NCBI GenBank assembly: GCA_964247055.1
Contig: OZ176054.1
Coordinates: forward strand, 3,162,001-3,226,000
From: Paragordius varius
Lineage: Eukaryota; Animalia; Nematomorpha
DNA length: 64,000 nt
Reading direction: 5' to 3'
This document shows positions 43,901 through 52,157 of the stretch, piece by piece. Under the pieces are notes generated by a model, which did no database searches, was not told the DNA's origin, and saw nothing but the letters and a program-made list of their open reading frames with translations. The position numbers and the translations under genes are program-made. Positions within the stretch are counted from its first letter, which is position 1; every line of letters starts with the position of its first letter.

Positions 43901-44892
43901 AATGTTTTTATACGATTATTATTGTATGCATGTATGAAAATATTATTGTTATCAAAATCTAGTGCTGGCTTGCCTAGACGGCACCAGTTTTTATAATTTA
44001 TGATGGAAATATCGGCACCCGTATCAAAAATCATTTCAATAGGAATATTATTTATTTTAGGAACAATTTGGGGTTTTTTTGTCTTATTAAAAAGGGAATA
44101 TGTTTTAAACCTTACCTTACAACATCGAGCAAAGTGGTTTGAACGATGGCATTTATAACATTCTTTCCCATAGGCAGGGCAATGTCCAAACGAATGAGTC
44201 GTCCCACATTTTGTGCAGGTTCGTCGGTTATTATTACTATGGTTGGTTTTTGATTGGTGAAGTGTGGCTATTTCGTTTATTTCACCATTACTACTGTGGT
44301 TCTTATTATTGTTACTTTTATTATCATTATCAATATTGATGGACAGCACTTCTGTATTCGTTAGTCCATCTCGTGCCTTCTCATGTGATAAGGCAATATT
44401 TACCACCGTATTTAGAGAAACGGGAGCCCCGTTTTCTAAAGCTTCTGGGAACCGTGTGAATAGTTCCATTTCCACGGCTTGCTCGTCTAACCCGGCGATG
44501 AATACATCTCTGATGTGCTCGTCAATGTTTGACGAGAACCGGCAGTGGATGGCCATTTGTTTAACTCTTAACAGGAATTCTGTGAACGTTTCCATTCTCC
44601 CCCTCTTCATTTTAATTAAAACAAAACGCGACGAAAAAATATTCCTTGAGGGGGAGAAGATTTTTATACCGGCGTTTAATAGATCTGGGAATGGTATGTC
44701 GTCTATTGCTTGTGGATAGAAATAATTTTCAATTTTATTAATATTTTCGATTCCTCCGAAAGCCAACAAACATGCTTTCATATTTTCATCGGTGGCTGCG
44801 ACATTCTTGACCTCCAAATTGCGTTTAATATATGTAATATAATTTGTAAACTCAACATTTGAATTAAAACATGATAAATTAATTTTTTTCAT
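40909..44892 (-). CDS. Gag-Pol polyprotein (Gag Zn-knuckles, aspartic protease, RT, RNase H, integrase), 1,327 aa
   Basis: CTKCGTTHSFGHCPAYGKECYKCHRSNHFARCC; protease FDTGADIS; RT LDLKDAYFQ and YLDD; RNase H ETDASMSGYGA, TDHKPL, ADCLSR; integrase HCGHPG...CQNC, LHLDIAG, TDNG, NGLVER. The PR-RT-RH-IN order is that of Ty3/Gypsy. Confidence 0.97.
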   Translation of the reverse strand: MKKINLSCFNSNVEFTNYITYIKRNLEVKNVAATDENMKACLLAFGGIENINKIENYFYPQAIDDIPFPDLLNAGIKIFSPSRNIFSSRFVLIKMKRGRMETFTEFLLRVKQMAIHCRFSSNIDEHIRDVFIAGLDEQAVEMELFTRFPEALENGAPVSLNTVVNIALSHEKARDGLTNTEVLSINIDNDNKSNNNKNHSSNGEINEIATLHQSKTNHSNNNRRTCTKCGTTHSFGHCPAYGKECYKCHRSNHFARCCKVRFKTYSLFNKTKKPQIVPKINNIPIEMIFDTGADISIINYKNWCRLGKPALDFDNNNIFIHAYNNNRIKTLGKCKLQVELDKRTHILECFIINNNLPSIFGMDWIKQFNLKLPNHVIINNLSSYDIYNKFSKLFSEGLGCWKGDPIKVFLSNNNCGRIFPSRRVPLSLQSKVEDEINRLVKLDIIEPVDPKKTRIVWSSPTVNIIKPNKELRICADFKISINPHIKPPQYIIPTFDDLISKISFGKSFSTLDLKDAYFQIPVDPDSQHLLTISTHKGFYKYKRLPFGLNCAPSFFQQIMDELLKDCAGTAVYLDDVIVTGETETKHKDNLIKVFTKLETMGLKLRKDKIKLFQPSVEYLGHIISENCIKPSPNKIKAIQECPTPTNKTTLRSFLGLLNFHAKFIPSLSILMGELHKLAGNKQKWCWTLTHDSIFKKAKDLICQSSSLHPYNPKLPIVLETDASMSGYGAILSHRTIAGNRPIAYTSKKCSQAEGNYSVIEREAKSILIALEKFKTFLYGRKFIIQTDHKPLVKLFGPQRDLSKINNCKLVRWITRTSVFDFNIEYHPGTENIADCLSRLPIENQESMAFEKDDESSNVHLIWSNELNLNREIIYQESMKDPTIAKLKVALRSNNWTDPLVKPFIAIKNEIEDAYGLLFVGDRVIIPNKIKPDILKYLHCGHPGIQAMKLLSREKVYWPGLSQDIDKWVRSCQNCQRLRPNVPENPTYQWNGNTTIWERLHLDIAGPIDNLYWVVLIDHCTRWVEVETVRSVNTGNILKFLETCFCRYGYPKVVVTDNGSYFKSGEFERTLASSNIKHVTSAPYHPRTNGLVERVIYTLKNHYSMSTALSADLSADPVRRLNQILWAYRNTHHSSTKETPAHLFLKRTMQSPLTWMKTKPNEFMDTPDIPQEFEKGQKVYIKNELCSGWREGQIVDRTGWLSYNVNDNGKIIRKHADQLRNRMDWSAEGEDGRSEEKTKNLNNNLNNNDNNSEEKTKNLTNNLNNNDNNLRKHPTEHEIRTPENIEENPESESAPSSENTPVQTSDTSPTTTRRYPIRSRKPPDRYQA

Positions 44893-44910
44893 AGCCTCGA
44901 ATAGGCCAGT

Positions 44911-45206
44911 TAATATAAATTATAAAGGATATATTTATTTATTTAGTATAACATCAAACCTGAATAATATAATATAATGTGTTCTGTGTGTTACAATGAT
45001 TCCTTATATACATTAGGAAATTTGGTTATTGCATTCACAAGGATAAAGTTGTGTGGTTTAAACGTTGTTAAAGATAATAAGTATAAAATAAAATAATTTG
45101 CATTCACAACCAAGGTAATATATATTTTTAGCGTAACAAGGACCAAAGTATATTATGCACTAAAAAAGAGAAGGATAATTTGCGTATGATGATAACCCTA
45201 TTAACA
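44911..45206 (-). repeat. 5' LTR of the Gypsy element
   Basis: 296 bp, near-identical to 40602-40897, followed on the minus strand by AC-TGG (PBS start) and the ATG 19 nt downstream. Confidence 0.95.
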
Positions 45207-45293
45207 GTTTACCACGTGTCATAGTGTGAGACGCGTTTCGTCCTTGTTGTGGACTCATCAGTCACACATAATGAACACAGGTAAACACTGTCA
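45207..45293 (-). ncRNA. Type I hammerhead ribozyme (minimal stem III), minus-strand copy; distal stem I split by the Gypsy insertion
   Basis: Minus strand reads GUGUGA CUGAUGA GUCC-ACAACAA-GGAC GAAA CGC GUC^UCACAC. Core CUGAUGA at 45261-45255; predicted cleavage between 45230 and 45229. Confidence 0.85.
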
Positions 45294-45566
45294 GTTCAGG
45301 AATTGTATATATATTGAGTTTTAGAGAATTTTGAACCGAATAGAGTCGGGGAAATGAATATTATAGAGCTTAGAGTCCATATGGGACAACCGATTATACC
45401 AAAATTCAACCAAATATTATGACTCCTTATAATCCCTAAGCCAGGATTAAGCTTTTTATAATTTAATCGGTTGTCCCATATGGACTCTAAGCTCTATAAT
45501 ATTCATTTCCCCGACTCTATTCGGTTCAAAATTCTCTAAAACTCAATATATATACAATTCCTGAAC

Positions 45567-45660
45567 TGACAGTGTTTACCCGTGTTCATTATGTGTGACT
45601 GATGAGTCCACAACAAGGACGAAACGCGTCTCACACTATGACACGTGGTAAACACTGTCA
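45567..45660 (+). ncRNA. Type I hammerhead ribozyme (minimal stem III) with a long extended stem I
   Basis: UGACAGUGUUUACC CGUGU U CAU UAU GUGUGA [CUGAUGA at 45599] GUCC ACAACAA GGAC [GAAA] CGC GUC^ UCACAC U AUG ACACG U GGUAAACACUGUCA. All conserved core nucleotides are present. Stem II is 4 bp; stem I segments are 6+3+5+14 bp; stem III is the palindrome ACGCGU. Predicted cleavage after C45630. Confidence 0.9.
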
Positions 45661-46296
45661 ATAAAATTTGGTTTCTTATAGTCTCTGTTGCTAATTAGGA
45701 TATACTAATATATCCATTCTGCAACTCTGAAGACTAACTATGCATACTCCTTCCTGATTTATAACTTATAAGGAGATGGCGCCTTTCTGCCAAAAATTTT
45801 CTCATTTTCTAACTAATTATCGTCTAAGAACGCGACATCTTCAGCTAGTATTGATATTAGAAAATGGCATATATTAAAATATATGAATATTAAAACTCCG
45901 ATTTCTATACAAGCCCTCAGAATTTCTAAATATTATTCACTTTTATATAAGATATCCAATTTTATTACCGTAACTGGTATTTTTTCAATAGAAATACCAT
46001 ATTTATGTTGTAAAATATATCAAAAAATTAATATAAAAAAATCAAACAATTTAACATATATCGGTTTATATCAATACAAGAAAAAGTAAAAATATTAAAT
46101 ATTTAAAAAGGAATTGATTCCATTGTTTAAATGTTCAAGATTATTCCTTTAAGGTGTTCTTATATTTACAAGGTCATTTGACTTCAGATAAAGAGCGCTT
46201 TAATACACACAGGATAGTATTTAATCAAAATGCAAGGGGATTATATTAAAATAAATAGATATATCAATGAATTTCATAGTTTTATTCTGTTAATAT

Positions 46297-47642
46297 ATGA
46301 TAAACAATATAAAAGTATTTGTGCTTTGTTCAATATTAATATTGATCCTTTTAAATGTTAAGGATTACGGGTTTAACAAGCAGCAATTACAACCCAAATT
46401 GGGTGTACTTGAACCAGAAATATCAAATAGTCTTGGTTTAATAAAGAGACATATTGGCTTAATACAATTTATCAATGTGACTACGGTGAAGAAAATTAAA
46501 ATAATGGCATGGTCTGAAAATACTTGGATATCTCAATATTCGCAAACTTATTTATCCAAAGCTTTTGATAAGTGTTCCTACAAAGAATGCACACTCGTTC
46601 CACGAAATGATAATGTGGAAAAAATATTTAAAAGTGATGTTTTTTTGATTGTACCAAAAAATGGGGATAAACTACTAGATTTTCCTCCAATTTTTGACGA
46701 TCCCAAGGTTAGAAGGGAAAAAATGATTGTATTCGTAAGTAGGGAACCAAGTGTTAATTTGCAACTAGATTTGGGCCAATTGGATAATCGATTTGATTTG
46801 ACAATGACGTACAGAAATAATTCTGATATCCCTATCCCTTGGGGTTCTACCATAAGGCAATCACAAAGGAAATCGCCCCATTTTTGGAAAAGTTTGGAGA
46901 TCAAATCCAAAATGAAAGGAAGTCATCATTTGGAAAAAGTTAGTTGGTTCCCTAGCATTCAGAAATTTGAAAATCGAATTAAAAAATCACAAAATAGGTC
47001 TAGACCAGCTGTTTTATGGATAGCTAGCAATTGTTATGCCCATAGTCGGAGGGAAGAAGTGGTACGCAATTTACAAAAATATTTGACGGTAGACATTTAT
47101 GGACATTGTGGAATAAACAATGTTTGCAAGTAATTTATAATCATATGTATTTTAATTTAATGATTTATTTTTATAGCAAATCATTGCAATCTACATGTTT
47201 CCAAACCTTGATCAACCAATACAAATTTTATTTGTCATTTGAAAATAGTTTGTGCCCAGGGTATGCGACAGAAAAGGTATTTAAACCCTTAACGACAAAC
47301 ATTATACCGATAGTTTTTGGTGATGTTAACTATAATGATATAATACCTCCCTATTCATTTATTGACATAAAAAATTTTGATACTCTCAAACAATTTGCCG
47401 AGTTCCTAGTTAAAGTCGATAATGATCCTGACGAATTTTTATCATTTTTCGAATGGAAAATGTCATATCGTGTAATTTGGTTGAATTTTTGGTGCGCCCT
47501 ATGCCAAAAATTAATGGAAATGAGAGGTGAAAAAAATATAGCTACAACAAAATATCAAAATTTTACGACTTGGTGGGTAGCTGGAAATATGCATCAGTGC
47601 AAAAATGTCAAAATAAGAAATGATCATTTAGTAATTGAATAA
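46297..47642 (+). CDS. Alpha-1,3-fucosyltransferase (GT10), type II membrane protein, 432 aa
   Basis: Exons 46297-47129 and 47177-47642 (47-nt GT-AG intron, phase 2). N-terminal TM segment VFVLCSILILILLNV; RFDLTMTYRNNSDIPIPWG; WIASNC; VDIYGHCG; alpha-1,3-FucT motif YKFYLSFENSLCPGYATEK. Confidence 0.92.
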
Positions 47643-48339
47643 ATAACTAAATTTATTATTCGTAATTATTTGAATCAAAATTACATAGGCAACTTTTATC
47701 ACAAAAATAGGTTAAACGAGTAGAAGGACAAGACTGTTTTGATAAATTTCAAAAATTGTTTATCACACATTTTTCATTTTTCACGGGTTTTCCTTAAAAT
47801 GGCAAAAGCTTGCTAAAACATGTTCTTTTATTTTTATTAATTATATAAATGCCATAAATAAAATTTATTGGGCCTTTATTTTTACGGGACTGAACCATAC
47901 ATATTTACAGTATGAGTAAGTATATATTGCTAAAAAGTAATTAATTATTGCCAAATAAAATATGCAGCAAAGAGAATTATTATTGGCTAATCATAGGAAA
48001 AAGATGAAAAATAAATTTAAGCCAATAATACTTCCCTTTGTTGTATATCCTATTTGGCAATAATTAATAACTTTGTAGCAATCTATACTTCATACTGTAT
48101 TTCTTTGACGCCATTGTGACGTCTTTTATAAAATTGATTGTGGCATATATAATGAATTGACAAGCCTTTAGAATCCAACAAAAATGTTAAGCACCACAAC
48201 ACCTATAAAAATAATAGACAAATGACCAAATTACTCCATTTAACTATAATTTGCCCTATGAATTTATATGTATTAGTAATGTAAAAAACAACACTTGAAT
48301 TCTACCGTTCTTTTTTAAATTTTAACAAAAATCATTTAA

Positions 48340-48775
48340 CACTTGGATACAGCACATTCATTTCAGTCCTCCGATTCAAATTGGGGTCTTGGGGGACCCA
48401 GGGCGCCGAAATATGAAAAAAAGATACATTGAAAAAAACTTAATATTACTTATTTTATGGATAAACCCGCCGAAGGTAATTATCCAACTAAATTAAAAAT
48501 ATGAAATAAACCACTTTTACTGTTTATATCAAAGTCAGATGTGACACTAAAAAATTAGCTTTAATTTTAGCTTTAAAATTAAATAAACCCGATATTTTGC
48601 AAAAATCATGTAAAATAAAAATGGCACGAAGAGTTTGAAATTATATAAACAAGCCAAAAATTTTATTTAAATATTTTGGCTTATTTTTTTATTAAGATGA
48701 GGCATAAATTTAAATTGGAACGGTCTTAATTCATTACTAATTATATCAATTTGAAGTGGTAAAAGTTTGGGACAA
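48340..48775 (+). mobile_element. Diverged, partial copy of the TTAA-flanked piggyBac-like MITE
   Basis: TTAA|CACTTGGATACAGCACATTCATTTCAGTCCTCCGATTCAAATTGGGGT..., similar to 61061-61642; the right end has decayed. Confidence 0.6.
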
Positions 48776-49439
48776 AACATATATATTTTTTGTGAAATTC
48801 TCTATTTCACGTCCCTAGTTGTATTTTATATAAACGAAGCAATAAATCGTTATTTAAATATTTATGAAGGATATAGTAAATATTAAAATTCCATAATTTA
48901 TGATTTGGTTTAGATAAGTACTTTGAGCCCAGGCAGGTAGAGTTGAGATCTATGAGAACAAGATAAAAATCTCTTCATACAAACCATAAATCTAAAGCTA
49001 ATATAAGTGTTTAGGTTTATGACGGGGATTGGGACAGTGTTGCGATTTGGATTTTGTTTTCTCTTTAAGTTTTTTCCAATTTTTACCAGAATATTTTTTA
49101 TAGTTCCGATTTTATTTTAAAAAAATCAGTACTTATATATTCCATCTAAATTTGGTTTATTCTATCACCTCAGAATACTTAAAAAACAATATTAAACATA
49201 AATACACTTGAAAACAACATATTCATTTCTGGCGATTCAAATCAGGGTTGGTAACCCTAGGCCTATTAAAAATCAAATATTTTAAAAAAATATGGAATTG
49301 ATTGAACCATTGTAAAAGTTTGCAGCATATAACATTGATGCACCGAAATAAAATAAGATCTATTGAAAATGGTTTTACTTATTTAATGAATAAATTTCAG
49401 GATAATTTAGCCAATTCGACATCTGTCTATTCTAAATAT

Positions 49440-49870
49440 AATGCATAATAAAGCACTTTTTCGTTTACTTCATTACCTTTTCACTTTTTTGTCCAAGATT
49501 ACTTTCTGGGGTAGTTTTATATTCCAGAGCTCAATTTTAATAAACTATAGTTTTGTTATTTTAGTTAAAATTTAATTATCAAACATTGTTTTTATGTATT
49601 TAGATTAAATAGTTTATTTTTTATAGTTTTGCGTTTCTATGGCGTAAAATTGGGACACCCCCACTATACGATTAAATGAACAGCTGATTAAAATCAAATA
49701 TACCAAGAGCTGGTAAAATGTAGCTGAAGCTTTTTAAAGTAATTATTTACATTTTCAACCATAAAATAAATTTGTTTGCCTGCTGCATCAGCGATAAAAA
49801 TATTATAGAAAAAAATGGCGCCAAAAAAGTTGGAGATGGAGATTTTATAATTTTACATTTTTTAATGGGG
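49440..49870 (+). repeat. Unclassified interspersed repeat (inverted copy at ~62140-62520; partial copy at ~12457-12600)
   Basis: Shared blocks CTTCATTACCTTTTCACTTTTT, CAGCTGAT, GTAAAATGTAGC, AGCGATAAAAA, AAAAATGGCG(G)CAAAAAAGTT at the three loci. Confidence 0.65.
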
Positions 49871-50221
49871 GTATAAAACCACCCCAAAAATGGTGTGTTA
49901 GGATAGAAGCATAGATTTAGATTGGAACCGGCCCATAAAGTTTTTCAATAAAATCGCTAATATGGTTTGAGGTCACTAAATATAAAGTAAGCGAAGTGTT
50001 ATAGAAGGACAAATTTATATTCCGATTTTGGAGTGATAAATATATTCAACATAATTGAATTATCCATATTGAAAAACTGTTGTACCTTTTCCATCATGCC
50101 TTAAAATAGTATGGATTGCGTTTCAACAAATTTTTCTATGAATAAAATGTGGAGAGCATTAACTTTTTTAAATTAAAATGTATTTAATTATCGCGCAATT
50201 TTGGCATTTTCGCGTTTTTAA

Positions 50222-50795
50222 CACTTCGATTCAAATTGGGGTTCTAAATACGCCAGACTAAATTTAAAATAAAATTTTTGAAAAACTACTGAAGGAAACG
50301 GTCCCAATTTAAATTTATGCTTCTATCCTGATAAATATATAAATCCAAAATATCTTGATAAAATTTTGTTTTGAAAAAAACGTTCCGCCTTAAACTACTT
50401 CGACCCCATTTTTATTTTACAAAAATTTTGCAAAATATCGTCTTCATTTAATTTTAAGGGTAAAACTAAAGCTTATTTTTTATATAAATTACATCTAACA
50501 TTGATAGATATAGAAAAAGTGGTTTATTTTGTATTATTTTTTAATTTTACAATTTGACACATGTCACGTTGACTAATTTTTTACCTTTTAGTTTTAGCTC
50601 AAAATTAGTAATATCAGGTATTTTTGAATAAAATTTTTTATATATTTCGGTTTATTAATGTTATATAAGTGCAAAATTTTGCCATGGTTTCGATTGCTTC
50701 CATACTTTTTAAACTATTTGATTTTAAACAGGCCTGGGGTATCCAACTACCCCAATTTGATCGAAGGACTAAAATGAGTTTGTTGTATCCAAGTG
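50222..50795 (-). mobile_element. TTAA-flanked piggyBac-like MITE, 574 bp
   Basis: TTAA|CACTTCGATTCAAATTGGGG ... CCCCAATTTGATCGAAGGACTAAAATGAGTTTGTTGTATCCAAGTG|TTAA; an inverted homologue of 61061-61642. Confidence 0.8.
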
Positions 50796-51659
50796 TTAAG
50801 AAACCTAGTTCATTTTAAAAGAGCGTAAAAATTAGTTTTCAAAACCTACATCTAAAAAATAAAATTTTTAAAAAATATTACATTGCCTTTTATTATTTGA
50901 TTATAATATAATTTAATGATAAATAAAGCATTAAGCTTACACCAAAAAGTTTTTTTAAAAAAATGTGCCCAAATTTTTCCATATGGAGCATTTACCAAGA
51001 ATGAAAATAAATTTCATAAATCATTTCTAAGGGCCAAAACCAAAAGTATTATAGTAATTCTGATATATTTTCCCACTATAATATTTATTTTCATCGGGAT
51101 ATTTGTTGTGGATCTAGATTTCAGACCTAATGTACTGTACTTCGATTACACTTTAGTATATAATTATATTTTATGATAAATTTGGGATACTAGGTATATA
51201 TTATTTTTTGTTTATTTTGACAGCTCTGATTTGTGATTTTAGGGTCACAAAATCTAGCATTTTCATTCCACCTGGGCTACAACAACCGTAAACATGAGGG
51301 ATGTGGAATATTATTATATAAATGCATTTGATATTTTTATTATCTATTTTTTATGCCAGTTTACAAATATAAAAAAATATATGTGAATCAAGATAAATCT
51401 TTGTCAATTTGTTACAATATTTTTCAAATAATAAGATCTAAAAGTCGAATAGAGCGTAAATGCCCCAAACCATAATTTAATACTTATATTTATAAGGGTG
51501 CTATAAAGCTTTAGATAATTTTAATTTAACAAAATGTGTACCGAATTGATGAATAAATCTTGAGATAATTTTTTTTATTTTTATTAGTATGCAAGTTATT
51601 GTAATTTGGGATGGAGTCAAAAAAATTAAGTTTACTCTTTGGCTTCAGGTGCGTATGAT

Positions 51660-52090
51660 ATGAAGGAAAAGACATGTGGTATCAAATACCCCGAAAATGG
51701 TCAATTCATGGGTATTGTTGAAAATTAAATTATAGAAAATTGTCAGAAAGGGCTTGAATTAATTAAAAAAATGGGGTGGAAAGATGGTGAGTCATTGGGT
51801 TTGGATAACAATGGAATTCGAGAATGTATTAAGGTCAATGTAAAATCATCCAATTTTGGTTTAATTATAAATTATTTAAAGGTGTTGGTTTTGAATGTGT
51901 TGAAGAAAATTTTTCCTTGTCCCATAATCAAGTATATGATGACATGTTAAAAAATATTTCCACTAAACAAACAAGTCAGAAAACTGATAACAAACCCGTT
52001 CTTAATAAACATCGATACAATAAGATCCTTAAAAACAAAAACGCATCCCTTTATTCAGATGAAGATTTAAAATGTTTGGTACCAAGCTAA
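51660..52090 (+). CDS. PINX1: Short PinX1/Gno1-like G-patch protein, about 127 aa, with 24- and 23-nt micro-introns
   Basis: Exons 51660-51711, 51736-51858, 51882-52090. Spliced protein MKEKTCGIKYPENGQFMENCQKGLELIKKMGWKDGESLGLDNNGIRECIKVNVKSSNFGVGF...QVYDDMLKNI...KHRYNKILKNKNASLYSDEDLKCLVPS*. It has the G-patch (KMGWxxGxxLG...IKVxVK...GxG) plus the PinX1-specific downstream motif (compare RVHYMKFTKGKDLSSRSKTDLDCIFG, recalled from memory). The start codon is uncertain. Confidence 0.8.
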
Positions 52091-52157
52091 TAATTTATTG
52101 TTACAAATATACAAATATATCAAATGTTTGAGATTTTCTGCGCAAACTAATGATTTT

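Larger units (their letters stand above)
40602..45206 (-). mobile_element. Full-length Ty3/Gypsy LTR retrotransposon (Mag/K02A2.6-like), 4,605 bp
   Basis: Direct 296-bp LTRs at 40602-40897 and 44911-45206, with 2 differences seen. TSD GTTTA at 40597-40601 and 45207-45211. Putative PBS TGGCCTATTCGAGG 2 nt after the 5' LTR. PPT AAGGAAGAAGGTA adjacent to the 3' LTR. Single intact gag-pol ORF. Confidence 0.97.
40485..45765. mobile_element. ~670-bp palindromic element with a hammerhead ribozyme in each arm (Penelope-like pseudo-LTR / retrozyme-like), interrupted by the Gypsy insertion
   Basis: Left arm = 40485-40601 plus 45212-45396 once the Gypsy element and one TSD copy are removed. Right arm = 45464-45765. 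Both are about 302 bp with about 4 mismatches seen; spacer 45397-45463 (67 bp). The palindrome is directly visible; the PLE/retrozyme assignment is inference. Confidence 0.8.

Noticed and set aside
45727-45733. CTGAAGA in the right palindrome arm as a second hammerhead core
   Set aside because: No stem II/GAAA follows, and the left arm has CTGTAGA at this position.
51611-51659. Upstream PinX1 ATG with a 19-nt intron (51630-51648, GTTTACTCTTTGGCTTCAG)
   Set aside because: The phases are compatible, but it is not required (the ATG at 51660 suffices) and there is no homology support, so it is not counted as a micro-intron.
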